A stretch of DNA of 63,640 bases, filler included, from Pelomyxa schiedti (lineage: Eukaryota > Protista > Evosea): assembly GCA_020536535.1 (NCBI GenBank). It is 12 parts of 12 records of this genome, joined end to end, with 100 filler letters (N's around TTAATTAATTAA, not from the genome) between each part and the next. Parts side by side here need not be neighbours in the genome. Positions count along the whole stretch, not along the records: positions 1 to 2,576 come from JAHLWZ010001951.1; positions 2,677 to 12,901 come from JAHLWZ010000553.1; 10 more parts are not named here. One strand, 5' to 3'. How positions within the stretch are numbered: position 1 is the first letter of the stretch; each line of letters begins with the position of its first letter. The translations under genes and the position numbers were made by a program. The notes beneath the pieces are model-generated. The model did no database searches. It saw only the letters and a list, made by a program, of their open reading frames with translations, and was not told where the DNA came from. Positions 1-12,137 of the stretch are shown here, in pieces.

Positions 1-259
1 GTCCGTAGAACTTGCCGGCCTTCCACCACCCGGTATAACTGTCGCCCTCTGTCGTGGTCAACGTTCCTTGTCCGTTTTGCTTGTCGTTGAGCCACGAGCC
101 CACGTAGACAGATCCGTCGGTGAACTTCATCGTGCCGGTGCCATTCCTCTCCACACCTTCGAAGGTCCCTTCGTAGTGGCCCTCGCCGAATTGCTTTTTA
201 GTGATGGGAGCGCGCACGGGAAAACGCAGGGGTTGAGGTTGAAACCCGCGCCCGCGCAT
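1..259 (-). CDS. MORN-repeat protein, 5' part (runs off the window start)
   Basis: Manual translation from ATG at 259: MRGRG...HYEGTFEGVERNGTGTMKFTDGSVYVGSWLNDKQNGQGTLTTTEGDSYTGWWKAGKFYG, i.e. consecutive MORN repeats (YxGxWxxxxxxGxG). Not in the ORF track because it has no stop in the window. Confidence 0.85.
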   Translation of the reverse strand, partial: MRGRGFQPQPLRFPVRAPITKKQFGEGHYEGTFEGVERNGTGTMKFTDGSVYVGSWLNDKQNGQGTLTTTEGDSYTGWWKAGKFYG

Positions 260-556
260 TTTTTCCACAAGATCAACTTGGACTTGGAAAAGTGATTGAG
301 AAACCCGCAGAGATCCGATGGACGAGGGACAGTACGAGCACTTCATTGGACAAAAGATTCTTGGAGGGTTCCGGCAGGTACCTTCGGAGTGCCTCTCTTT
401 GGGCAATTGCGACCCTTTGTTCTTTTTTTTTTCGAAAACTCACCAAGTCAACGCGTGCGACTCGCTGCGCCCTCAAACAAGGTAGTGCGCGCGAACCAAC
501 TGCCCCCCCAAACAAGGAACCATTTATAGATATAAACATATCTAACGGGACCAAGA

Positions 557-2576
557 ATGAGCAGCACGACGCCGACTTCGCCTACGATACGACCCACGAC
601 GTCCATCTTCGCCACGCTGGACCTGCACCACGCCACGCTCGCCGACGTGCTCACGTTCCGCGCGGCCCTCACGCCCAACGCGGTGGCTTACTCGTTCATA
701 CCTTCCCCCATCACACTACCCGCCCCACCTTCTTCTTCTTCTTCATCTTCATCATCACCGTCGGCGGATGCCAAGGAGGCTGCTGGTGGGGCCGTCGTTG
801 GTGGTGATGATAACAAGGAGGGGGCGGGAGCTGCGGCGGGGCCGGGGGCCGTCTCGTTGACGTACAAGAGCGTGTTGAGCAAAGCCACTGTGGTCGCTGC
901 TTGGCTCCAACGATAGTATGTTGTTTGCTACTTTGTTTCCGTTTGTTTCGTTTCGCTTACTTTTTGGTTTGCTCCTGAATGTATAACCAGAAGGGCCAAG
1001 TCAAAAAAAAAAAAAAATTTTTTTTTTTTTTAGTTTCTTAGCTTTGTTTGCTTTCTCTTTGTTTTGGTTGTTTAGTTTTATTGTCTGACATATTTCTATT
1101 GTTTTTCCCCTGATTTTTGTAGCTTCAAGGCAAATAAGCCAGTGGCTAGTAATGGAGTTGGTATGGTTCTGCTATTGTATCCGTTCCATGGAGTGGAGTT
1201 CGTTGTTGGCTTCTGGGGTTGCATTTTAGCTGGTTACGTTCCCGTTCCTGTGTCTCCTCTAGATCCATCCAGGTACCTATTGCAAAGTAACTCACTCTCA
1301 TTTTGACATACTTTTCCCAAAAGACTTCACCAAGGTGTCAACAGATTTATTCAGATAGCTCAAGACTGTCAGTCCCAAGTAGTTTTAACCACAAGAGAAA
1401 TTTGTGCTGTAATGCCACAGCTTGCTACAATGTATCCACCTCTTAGTACACTCCATTTTGAGGCCACCGAAACTCTCCCAGAATCAGTCCTTGGGGAATG
1501 GGTTCCCCCACAGTTGTCCAAGGTTCTTCAACCACGCATGTGTTATTCTTTATCAATTGTATTTCTCTAGGAATCTCCAGCATATGTTCAGTTCACTTCA
1601 GGAACATGTGGGCTTCCTCGCCCAGTTGTTGTTAGACATGAGGCTGCTGTTAACAATGCCTGGGTTGTATGCAACCGGCTGCTTCTTCATACCACTCCTG
1701 CTACAGCAGAGCAGCCAAAACTTCTTGCGTGGTTACCTTTTACTTCAAGCATGGCACTGTTGTCTCTGGTGGTTATGCCTCTGTGTGGAGGATGTGCATC
1801 ATACGTAATGTCACCTGTCTCATTCTTGGCCAACCCTCTGAGGTCAGGGAATCTTTGTAACTTTGGTGGTCTGATGTTTTTACCAGGTGGCTTATGTTGA
1901 TTTCTGAAATTAAAGCGAATATTACTATAGCTCCACCATTTGCCTATCAGGTAGCTTCAAGTCTTCCCCCAAGTGAATTGGAACGCATTGATTTGTCCTC
2001 ACTATCAACAGCAATAATCAGTAGGAAGTTATTCCTTCCTTTATTCTTCTAAATCCCATCCTCTTTTCCTCCAGCTGGAGACTCCATTAGTGCAGCTCTT
2101 CTTGAGAAATGCCGGCAAAGTTTTTCTGTTTGCCATCTTAAGCGAAATGTTCTTCTCCCTATGTATACAATTGCAGAGGCTACTTTCTTGGTCTCAATGC
2201 ATCAAATGTACTGTGTGAACGCCTGTTAACCTTTTTTCACACAATTTCAGACACACCCCACCTTGCGTTGTTTATGTGCGCCGCTCTGCCTTACAAAAAC
2301 TTGAAGTTGATGTTGCTTTCTGTTTTGGTACTGATACACGCTCAGTTGTGAGCTGTGGCACACCAACCCCTCCTGCCACTTCTGTATGCATTGTTGACAT
2401 TAAAACTCATGAAGAGGTACATTCCTATTCTGTCTTAGTGGGTTAATTTAGTTTCTTTCAGTGCAAACCTGGACATGTTGGTGAAATTTGGGTATATGGA
2501 AGTGCCCTTGCCTCTGGTTATATGTCTGGGGATCCTTCAGCTATCTGCACTCGGTTTGAGGGTTTTGAAGAGCGCT
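557..2576 (+). CDS. Fatty acyl-AMP ligase (FAAL)/DIP2-like adenylate-forming protein, multi-exon, 3' truncated by contig end
   Basis: Spliced peptides: TLADVLTFRAALTPNAVAYSF, VEFVVGFWGCILAGYVPVP, AYVQFTSGTCGLPRPVVVRH (A3/P-loop motif), WLPF, APPFAY, IDLSSL, PMYTIAEAT (A5-like), VGEIWVYGSALASGY. About 7 GT-AG introns. Confidence 0.85.
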
Positions 2577-2676
2577 NNNNNNNNNNNNNNNNNNNNNNNN
2601 NNNNNNNNNNNNNNNNNNNNTTAATTAATTAANNNNNNNNNNNNNNNNNNNNNNNNNNNNNNNNNNNNNNNNNNNN
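2577..2676. other. Artificial contig linker (N44-TTAATTAATTAA-N44); also at 12902, 14355, 15526, 27270, 44212, 50298, 51596, 53821, 59248, 62444
   Basis: Identical 100-bp spacer with stop codons in all six frames, occurring 11 times. Confidence 0.99.
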
Positions 2677-2837
2677 AATAAGAGCTTTCAAGGGGAAGAA
2701 AAGTTTCCAAACACCATAGAGAGTACCACAGCACCGGAATCATTCTTTTCATTTTCCCAGAAGAAATCTTGTTTCGTTTTTTTCTCAAGATCCTGCAAAC
2801 GCCCCCTAACGGTAGGTAACGTACAACGAACACCACG

Positions 2838-2864
2838 ATGTGCGGTCTTCATATTTCGTCACCT

Positions 2865-2900
<36 letters not shown>

Positions 2901-4364
2901 GTCGCGGCCAGGCCATCGACCACACCATCTGTCCTGACCACGAGAGCGGTTCTGTGGTCGCACCAAATGGAAGCGCTCGCCGCAGGGACACACGCGCGGT
3001 GCGGGGCACAGAGCCCCGCGCGGCGCCTGACTCCGTCGTTGCTCGCTGCGGTGTGCCACGCGTTATGGGACCCATCTTCATCATCACCATCACCAACAGC
3101 AACGCTGCTGAGTTTTAATAACGGTGCAAATGGTGGCGACGTCGTCGTGAATGTGGCTTTGGGCGTGCGTGTGAAGCCAGCTGTTTCGGGAGGAGGCGGG
3201 ACAGATTCTGCGAAGCCCAGAGATGGCCACGCGGTTGTGGTGCCCAGCGACGTGGTGTGCGCCAGCGTGTGTGTGCCTCGGACGGGTGCAATCAGGGTGA
3301 AGAAGCTGGACCACAAGAAGGCCCTCACGTTGCAGCAGGATCCGGCCCCTGCTGCTGATCCTCAGGGTGATTCGCCTCAGCAGAGTGGCGGCGGTGATTC
3401 GGAATCGGAAACGCCTTGTTATGGATGGAAGCTCATTGGCCCACATGGAGACTGTGTCGCCAAGAGGCACAACTCCTATCGCACATACCTTGGGTCCTGG
3501 TACCTTATCCCCAGCGATGGTGACCGTTGTGTTCCACAAGGAGGGGCCAACAACACTGCAGATGGGCCCAGGTGTCTGCTTGAGGAAAGCTACCGGCCAG
3601 TTTTTAACAGGTTCCAGGCAGGTACCAGCAAGTGGTGGGCCTGCTGTGACACCAGGGAGCTGAGTTTTGTTGATCTATGCAACAAAGGGAGAAGTTATGG
3701 GCATAATGTGGATTATGGCCCCTTTGTATTTCAGCTTAACACCAGCGAAGTCAACCCCAACGAGCTTGTTGTTGCTGTGCCTTATTCTCTCACTTGCACC
3801 CAGTTCCTTCTATATGATGTGGATAGGAGTCTCCAAACAGAGAACCTGACCATTGTGAGCTCAACAACCTGTTCAGTTGATGGTTTTCCGCAGTATATGT
3901 CAGAAATCATGTGCATGAAGAATTCGGGCAACAGGGTGTTTATTGTTCAATACAGAGACCCAGCTGACAAAACACTGGAGCAGAGCGTCATCTTCAACGT
4001 GGAGGAGGAAACAGGATTTTCCAAGGTTGTGACTGATTCTGTTCTGAAGCTGTGCCATTTGACACAGTCACTGTTCTGCACCTTGCACCGTTCCACCACG
4101 CCACATCAGGGCATGTGTTGCCGAATCTGGGACTGCAATGACACATCAAATCCACTGAGGGTGATACAGGACGCAGTGGAGGGTTGTGTGAGCATTGATG
4201 CCACTTGTGGCCTGCTGTTTGTCTGCACCAGCAACAACCAAATCAAGGTGGTTGATGCATTGTCTGGTGTTGCGCTCGCCACACTTGAAGTTCCCTCTTC
4301 GTTCTCTCTTGAACTCACCCAAGTTGTTGGCTCCGCTTCACTCCACCAGTCCAATAGTTGCTAA
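2838..4364 (+). CDS. Hypothetical protein of an expanded lineage-specific family (N-terminal HxRCGxxSPAxxL motif, C-terminal beta-propeller-like region)
   Basis: Intronless 508-aa ORF with THARCGAQSPARRL near the N-terminus; C-terminus IWDCNDTSNPLRVI..GLLFV..IKVVDALSG resembles WD-like blades. Confidence 0.75.
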
Positions 4365-4535
4365 ATGAGTTCTTGTTCATCAACACTAAAAGCACAATAA
4401 TTTTACATCCACGTTGTCTTCGGAAATACGACTAAAGAAAGTATTTTTCTTGTGGAAAAAAGCAAGGCTACTGAATCCTATTTTAACATATGCATAGTTT
4501 GCTTTGGGGTGGGAGATAGACTCTGGTGGGTTTTG

Positions 4536-5331
4536 CTAGTGCCTTCCGTATGTGGATTGGGGTCGGGAACACCTTGTTGGAATTGCCATTGTGGTGGATT
4601 GAACAGGAGCACGGATTGGTTCCCGCAAGTTGCGTGGCTTCCACCACTCGGGGCGGCAGTAATCGTTGCACTCGTGGTGAACAAAGAAGTCGTTGATTCC
4701 TTGTGGTCCGAGGTCTGTGACTCCAAAGCTCCTTGTGGCTGACATGATGACTGGATCGCTGATCACCGCCGCGTCTCTGTACACTCCACCTTGAAGGTCG
4801 CACAGCAGCTTTTTGCCTCGATTGATGTGGTAAGAAAAGTGACTCAGTGCTTGCATGACTTGGCCCCACGGTGTGCCATCCTCGGACCAACCAGTGTTGG
4901 AGTTGAACTTCTCCCAGTTCTCAATGAATGGCTCCACAAGAACCTTCTCACCCTCCCGCTCCCCACAACATACCCAGACCTCCGCTCTGTTCACGAGTAT
5001 CGGTTTGTTGACGATGTGTGCATCATTCCACTTCTGCACAATTGACACTGCCTCGTCAAGAGCGAGAATATCTCGTTCATAGAACCGCTTTTTATATACA
5101 GCACCATCCTTGAACCACTTGGCAACGCAACTTTCTCCAGAACGAGGACCTACAAGGCATAACATTAACGGTGCATATATACTATCGCAAGGGGGACATA
5201 GGAAAACCTCCTTCGTAGATGCCCATAGCAACCCACCGAAACGCGCCAGACGTGAATGGGTCATCAAACTCACAATGAGCAACCTCAGACATATTCTCCC
5301 TCACAGAAACACGATGTTCACGTGACGCCAT
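4536..5331 (-). CDS. Alpha-kinase (eEF2K/MHCK family), catalytic domain only
   Basis: Exon 1 from ATG 5331 (MASREH...PFTSGAFRWVAMGIY), one intron ~5151-5208, then CVAKWFK, VLVEPFIENWEKFNSNTGW, QALSHFSYH, LLCDLQG, SDPVI, FGVTDLGPQGINDFFVHHECNDYC. These are the canonical alpha-kinase motifs. Confidence 0.93.
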
Positions 5332-5494
5332 GTTTTATTTGCTTTCTATGGCCAGATCTCCGCAACGATTATGACACATTGCATGACAATCGAGCAGGCA
5401 ACTAACGCCACGCAAATGTCACCTTGAACGCCAACGGTTTTTTACCATACGAAAAGAATTTCAAGTTGTGAAAAACAAAAAAACGGAACCAAAG

Positions 5495-6539
5495 ATGCAG
5501 ACAGCAACCAGCACAACTGGAAGTGGGGGAGGTGTCGTAGATCCGGCTGTATCAGCTCTCACTACGTCGTCGAGGGTGGAGCGTGAGGAAACGATGTTTG
5601 AAGGGAGGTGGTTACGGCTCAAGCGCATTATTTATTCTTGTGGAGGAACAACGAGAGTATGAATGCTGCTCCAACTGCAAATTATATTATGAAAGTACAA
5701 ATATAGTGGCAGGGTACTCTTTCTTTCGTATTCTGAATACGTATAACACTCACTCATCCAAAACGCCATTTAAAAAAAAGTAGGGGTGGGAAACTTTAGA
5801 AAGGTCCACCAAAGGGACCGCTGAGGTTGATTGTGTTGAGGTTGTGGCTGTGCTGAAAAAAGAGGGAACTCCTCCTTCACTCATACTCAATGCTCAGTTC
5901 CGGCCACCTGTCGGCGGCGTTGTGCTAGAACTTCCCTCTGGAATGCTGGATAAGGGTATCCTCGATGCTGACACGTGTCTACTTACAGTGCCTTCCTCCT
6001 TCCTTGAAATGTAACAGGCGAGACAGCCGATGTGGCTGGGTTGCGAGAATTGAAAGAAGAGACTGGCTATGTGGTACGAAATCCTTTCTGATAGTTTTTA
6101 CCTAATTACCTTCGCACTAGGGTAGGGTTGTGAATCAATCTTCATCCCCTGTTTTCTTTGGCTGTGCAATCAGTAACACAACATCGAAAGTAGTCGTTGT
6201 AGAGGTATATTAAAATAGCGAGGGGGTTTATACTTTTTCTAAGTACCTCAGGTCGATGGGAATTCAGTAGAAAATGAGCATCCCACACAACACCTGGAAG
6301 AAACGGAAGATGTTAAAACGGTTATTGTACCAATACCAAACCTTCTTACTTTCATGGACAGTATCTCACCACCACTCCATAATCCATTCCTAACATTCAA
6401 CACAGGATGGAGCAAAAGTGGGGGCCTTGTTGACGGCAAGGTTAGTGGTACTTTTTTTTTTACTTTCGCACACTCAAGTGTACACTCGTAGGTTTGGATG
6501 CTTTCTGCTGGAATACTTATGCCAAGCATCTTCCACTAA
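5495..6539 (+). CDS. NUDT5: ADP-ribose pyrophosphatase, NUDT5/YSA1-like Nudix hydrolase (multi-exon)
   Basis: Spliced: [67 protein letters not shown] (Nudix box)..QHLEETEDV..VDGK; TAA at 6537-6539. Confidence 0.9.
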
Positions 6540-6685
6540 ACTACACTCCAACTTTAAGCAATTTGTGTGTTCAAGCAAAGGAAAAAAAAGTACAAAACAT
6601 TCAAATGAATTGTGAGGGATTGTTTATTGAATCTTTTTTTTCTTTTTGCTTTTTTCCATACTACTGTGAGAGTTGTGCCCAGACT

Positions 6686-9485
6686 TTAAGCGTTAGAGGG
6701 GAAAGTAGGTGCAGGTGTGATTTTGCCCTCGCCTTGGTACATTTCCTTCCTCGGGATTTGGATGAACACGGCGCCAACACTGCCAGCCCCGCCATTGGCA
6801 GAAATGTTCCCACAAGTCGGGTGCGCCAGGCCGCCGATGCCGCCGTTGGCCGTGATGACCCCGGTGGGCCCAATGACCAGCCTGCTGCCAACCTTGAGTA
6901 TGACCGCGCCGCCGCTGCCGCCGCCGCCTCCGGATGAGTACTGCTGGCCCTCGCCCCCTGGCCCGCCGTTGCTGAGTATGGTGCCGTGGATTTCGGCCAG
7001 GTGGCTGGTGATTTTCACAACACCGCCGCCGTTGCCTCCTGGTCCGGCTGTGCCTGTGGTGTATCTAGCAGTAGTAGTCAGTGGTTGTGTAATGTTAATG
7101 TGATGGAACTGTGTGGGAGAGGGGAATTGTGGGAAGGTGGGAGTGCATACGGGTGACCGGCGCCACCACCTGATCCAAGTGGGATTTTGTCAAGGTCAAC
7201 TGTAAGGTCCACAGCCAAACCACCTTCACCGGCTGGGTTGGTTCCACCACTGTACTTGTTGTCGTCTCCATTGGTTCCCTTGGTAGCTGCAAGGTGAAGT
7301 TACGTTAGAACAGAAGCCGGGTATAAGAAAAAGCTTAGAGGCCACATACCATAACCACCGCCACCACCGCCTGTGGAGCCAAATCGTCCTGAGCCGTTGC
7401 CGCCACCACCACCAGATCCGTTGGGTGTCCTCTCCTTTTTGCCCACTCCCTTGTCACTTTCTCCCTGAGAAGCTTGCCCTTCTTGCTCATTAGTCTTGAT
7501 CACTTCGGCTCCACGGTATCCCTTGTTAGAAACATCAATGGATCCACCCTCTTCCAGTGTGAAGGAGAAGCATCTTGTTTAGGAAACAGTGTAAGTTATC
7601 TACTTTAATTTTCAGTATGTGCATACTGTATTCTAGCAAAGCCTCCTGTGGTTCCATTCCAAGCGGAAACAGTGACAACAGCACCCTTCTTGATTACTAC
7701 ATTGCGGTAGGCTTTCGTGATATTCTCTTCCGTCAAGGTAGTGTCAGAAGAAATAATCAGATCATCTGTTCCACTGACAGTACCAAAGCTGGAGAACGGC
7801 ATGAGGACAACTAAGGGGGGTAACGGGGGCATCTCTACAGAGCAAGACTCCTACACAATTGATTACCCACAGAGAAGGAAGGGAAGGGGCGCAAACCAAA
7901 AGTTTTGAAATTGTGATGTTGATATTGTCAGGAGATTTCAGGAATAATTGTGGATTAGGGATATCCATCACATCTAGTCTAGAGAACTTGGTCACATTAG
8001 CCTGCGATACAGGTTAGAATTCAGAAAAAGCACAAAGATAAACGCGTACACTCAGCTGACCAACAAGGGCACTCAATGAAAACATCTTTGAGGCATCCAT
8101 TCCCTGAAGAACAATATTTCCTTGATTGGCGAAAGTGTCAATTTGCTCGATAGTACTGTCCAACTGTGCGCTGAGTACTTGGAGTGCTTTCCCTAAAAAA
8201 ACGTCAGAAAGCAGAGTCTTTTTAGCATGTAAAGATAACAAACGCACTTTGCATGTCTGATTTGACCCTGCCACCCTCAGCCAGGCGTGTAGTGAATGCT
8301 GTCCAGAGCTCAGTAAGTGCTGCAACTTGTTTCCCCACCTCTGCCTCCGTCTCTTTTTGGTGCTACCATCCGTTAGAAACTGCAGCCCATAAAACATAAA
8401 CTCACTGTGTCGAGGACATTAATCAGTTCATTCATTCTTGCTCTTTGAGCCACCAAGCTTTTTTTCTTCTCTGCTAGGGGGGTCACTGCCTCGCCAATAG
8501 TTTTTTTAGCCTCCCTATTTCTCGTTAACGTTATACTATGGAATATGTGCCTCACTCTACAGCATCTCTAATAGGGACAATAGTGTGCCCGTGGTGTGGC
8601 GAGTTGGTAACTGTAGCACAAACATAGCAAAGATTTTCCTTGTCGGTACTGCAGAAAAGCTTGCAAGGCTCATTGGTGTGAATTGTGCACATATTTGGCT
8701 TGAAGCAGTTCATGTTCTCTTTCTACAACTCCGGTTACGCTAATAAAGAAAAAAAATCAAAGAACACACAAGGACAGTTGTGTTGTGTTTCTTCATTGCT
8801 CCGCGATGAGTATTATCCCAGCAGGCTTGGCAGAAGGGCACCTCACAAGTTCCACAAAATACTTCTGCAGGTGTCTATGTAACAAAGTTGGAACAAGCAC
8901 TTGTTTGTTAAAAATTTAATGATACTAAAATCGGTGTTTTTTTTCCCCCCCACACCACGCCTCGATTTGTGAACCCATAATTATCTAGATAGAGAGGGAG
9001 GGTGAGAGGGGGAAAAAAAAGCCCACCATCTTGGTCTCCTCCTGGCAAACAGAGCAGTTTACACAATGGCCGCCGGCGATAGCGCTTCGCCTGTCGGCGC
9101 ACATCTTCGTGATAAGTGGGTTCCTCGTGAGCTCCTCGGCACCGTTCACCTTCCCCGAAGCTCCACACGCGTTGCAAACTGCCCACTTTGCGGCGCTCGA
9201 AGTCGTCGTCGTACTAGTAGCAGGAGACACCGAGGAAGGCATCATGTCCATGTTGGATTTGACGTCGCAGACGTTGATGCCGTGGAGCGTGCCGGGGGCG
9301 CACTTTAAGCACACGACGTGGTTGCACTCAGGCAGCATTAGGGGATCGTCGGCGACCTCGAAGCAGACGACGCAGGTGATCTCGTCGTCGTACGGGATGC
9401 CTGTCGTCCTCCTCACCACGCCCTTGGGCACCTTTGTCGTGGTCGACGCGGTGCTTTTTGCTGATGATGACGATGCGGACTTCAT
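6686..9485 (-). CDS. TRIM-like E3 ligase: RING, B-box(es), coiled coil, glycine-rich C-terminal domain (multi-exon)
   Basis: RING CVVCFEVADDPLMLPECNHVVCLKC...CNAC; B-box CTIHTNEPCKLFC (~8640-8690); helical exons 8060-8520; C-terminal IDVSNKGYRG, GGGGGGYG, LGSGGGAG, GGNGGGVVKI, GTILSNGGPG, SGGGGGSGGAVIL repeats. Confidence 0.8.
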
Positions 9486-9629
9486 CTGCTTTCGCCTCCT
9501 CACTGGTTTTTTTTTTCTTGGTTTTTTTTGGTTTGAAAAAAGGGAACCAAAAAAACCTAGAGGCCTGTTTTTTTTCTTTCTTTTGAAGGGGAATTCCAAT
9601 TGAAAGTTTTCGTGTTTTGTATTTGGCGG

Positions 9630-10749
9630 TTAACGGTTTCGTGGTTCGGGCGACGTTGATGATGCTGAGCTCCGCTCGGTCAACATCCCATAATGCGGGA
9701 TGCTCAGTCCGCTCAGTTCAGTGCACTCTGTTCTTTGGATCCAAAGATATCCCTGGTTAAATGCACGCAAATTCTTTTTGGGTTTATCCTATACCTCGGG
9801 AAAAGAGCCCTCTTGTTGCGTTGCTGGAGGGAATATAAGGGAGTGCTGTGGGGTCTCACAGAGCAGTTGTCTTTGTCCTGCAATCACTTTACAAGACCAG
9901 CTTCTGAGTACTAAAATTAAATGTAAAGAGAATGTGAAGCCTGCATAGCCTTGTGAGCAAGGTAAAGCTTTTGTATTGAGGAAGTACATACAGGATACAC
10001 TTTTGTTGGGGAGTGTAAAATTCGTGTATCGGTTGCTTCCCAAGACAGAAATTGCATTTTTTATGGGTAACAGATCAAATTCATACTCAGTCCTCACCTC
10101 TCTACAAGTATTTTTACATGGCTGTGTTCGAGAGAATAGTGGAATATGGTGGTAGAGCAGGTGAGATAGAGGCAGTTTTTGAGTGGGTGATGAATAAACG
10201 GGAGCGGGTGGAAAGTAGTATGCAACTTAATTTCAAGTATGTGAGACGGAGAAAGAAAAAAAGAGGCCTCACACAAGTTACCACGGGCCAGAAAGGGTGT
10301 GGGGTACAATGCCGGGGACCTCGTTGTCCAACATGCTGCTGGGGCAGGAAGATGAGAGTAAGAGAAGACAATGGAAGGTGTCTGGTGGTGAGTGGTGATG
10401 ATAAAACAAGAGGGAGAAGAATACTTCATCTTTGTCAGGACGGTGCGAGCACGTGTGTGCAAAGGGCATACGTTGTCAGAGACAAAGTCTTGAGCATCTG
10501 GTTCTAATGTCAGTACTGAAAAGAAAAAGAATAAACTTACACTTTTGGCAGGAAATACAGTAGGTCGGGGGTGATACTGAGGCAGGTCAGAGAAATTAGA
10601 AAAAAAAAAATTGTTGGTGCATGCCTACTGTGCTTGTTCCGTTGTGGTGTGACCGGCGTAACAGCAGTGTCCTATGTGGTGGTGGAGAAGAACGGAAACA
10701 AACGCAACGAAGAGGAGAGTGGCTCACACTCGCGGTTGTTGTGTCCATT
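9630..10749 (-). CDS. Probable multi-exon hypothetical gene
   Basis: Succession of plausible GT..AG introns on the minus strand with short open exons (e.g. VRTEYEFDLLPIKNAISVLGSNRY; GYLWIQRTECTELSGLSIPHYG...RNR*). No family recognised. Confidence 0.35.
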
Positions 10750-10963
10750 GATCCGCACCGCACGTCCACCCCAATTTAGGGGTCGCGCTCTCTCCCGTCT
10801 CAAACACCAACCAGTAAACAAAGTTCCCCGCCCAGCGCCGAAAAAACAATTTGGTTGTACGCGTAGCGTTGAAGATCAGTAACAATATCACGGGGAAAAG
10901 TGGGCTGGTACCAGTCTAGTGTACTTTTTGTGCAGTAGTCACAACACCAAAAAACCAAGCATA

Positions 10964-12137
10964 ATGGATCGACAAACTGGGACCAGCGGATACACACCGC
11001 AAGAAGTGGAGCAAATGATGACGGCCGTGAAGCCGTACTTGAGGCCCATCAAGGCGCCGGCAAGCAGGGAGGACCTGGCCCTCGTGGTAATAGATATGCA
11101 GCTGGAGTACGGCTCCAGTGCGAACATCGCGGCTCGGAATGTGGTGACTATGATCAATGCATGCAGGAGCCTCGGAATCAAAGTAATCTACACTCAGGTA
11201 AGANNNNNNNNNNNNNNNNNNNNNNNNNNNNNNNNNNNNNNNNNNNNNNNNNNNNNNNNNNNNNNNNNNNNNNNNNNNNNNNNNNNNNNNNNNNNNNNNN
11301 NNNCGTGGTAATAGATATGCAGCTGGAGTACGGCTCCAGTGCGAACATCGCGGCTCGGAATGTGGTGACTATGATCAATGCATGCAGGAGCCTCGGAATC
11401 AAAGTAATCTACACTCAGGTAAGAGATAGTTGGCCTGATAGCTATAAGTAATACCTAATGCGAATTCTCACAACCTGGGGGCTAATTGGCTTTGTAGCAT
11501 GGCCATGATAATGTGGAGCTGGATGGAGGAATGTTGCATGAATTCTGGGGAAACTTAGCTATGAGAGGATCGGAGACATGGCAAATGATACCAGAAATGC
11601 AACCCCTTCCGACTGAGCACGTTGTCCACAAGGTTTCCTTTCTCAATCCTTAATCACTTTCCTGTATAAGGTATAAAGAAAGCGTAGAGTACGCATTTGT
11701 CCAATTAAACAGCGTGAATAAAAAATAATAAATTCAGAATCTTAAAACAGTTCCTAAAAAATCCTTCAGAAGACTTACAGTGGTTTTGTTGGCACCGAGT
11801 TTGAAGAAAAGATAAAGTCCTATGGCGCTACCACACTAATAATAACAGGAGTTCTCACAAACTGCTGTTGTGAAAGCACAGCTCGCGATGCCTTCAATCA
11901 CGGGTATTTCCCGAATTCCTCTCACTTTCTACGCCTTGCACCACCAAACGTGAATCAACACAATACTGCAGATACAGGGTGCTGTTTGTGCCCGACGCAA
12001 CTGCAACTACTCACATGGACCTGCATATATCTTCCCTGAAGACTCTGGCCTATGGATTCGCCTACATGCTGCCCACTGCCGAAATGGTCACATTGCTCAC
12101 TGCTCTTCCATCAACAACCACAAGAAACTCCTCTTGA
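10964..12137 (+). CDS. Isochorismatase/nicotinamidase-family cysteine hydrolase (multi-exon)
   Basis: ALVVIDMQ (catalytic Asp), VIYTQHGH, VVHKKTYSGF (Lys), LIITGVLTNCCCESTARDAF (Cys nucleophile), DATAT. Confidence 0.93.

Noticed and set aside
11082-11423. Apparent duplication of an isochorismatase exon
   Set aside because: Identical ~120-bp sequences flank a 100-N gap, the signature of unmerged overlapping contig ends.
4536-12137. Alpha-kinase, NUDT5 and isochorismatase/nicotinamidase on one contig as an NAD/ADP-ribose gene cluster
   Set aside because: Mixed orientation, unrelated genes in between, unknown substrate for the hydrolase, and the ART gene is on a different contig; chance adjacency is sufficient.
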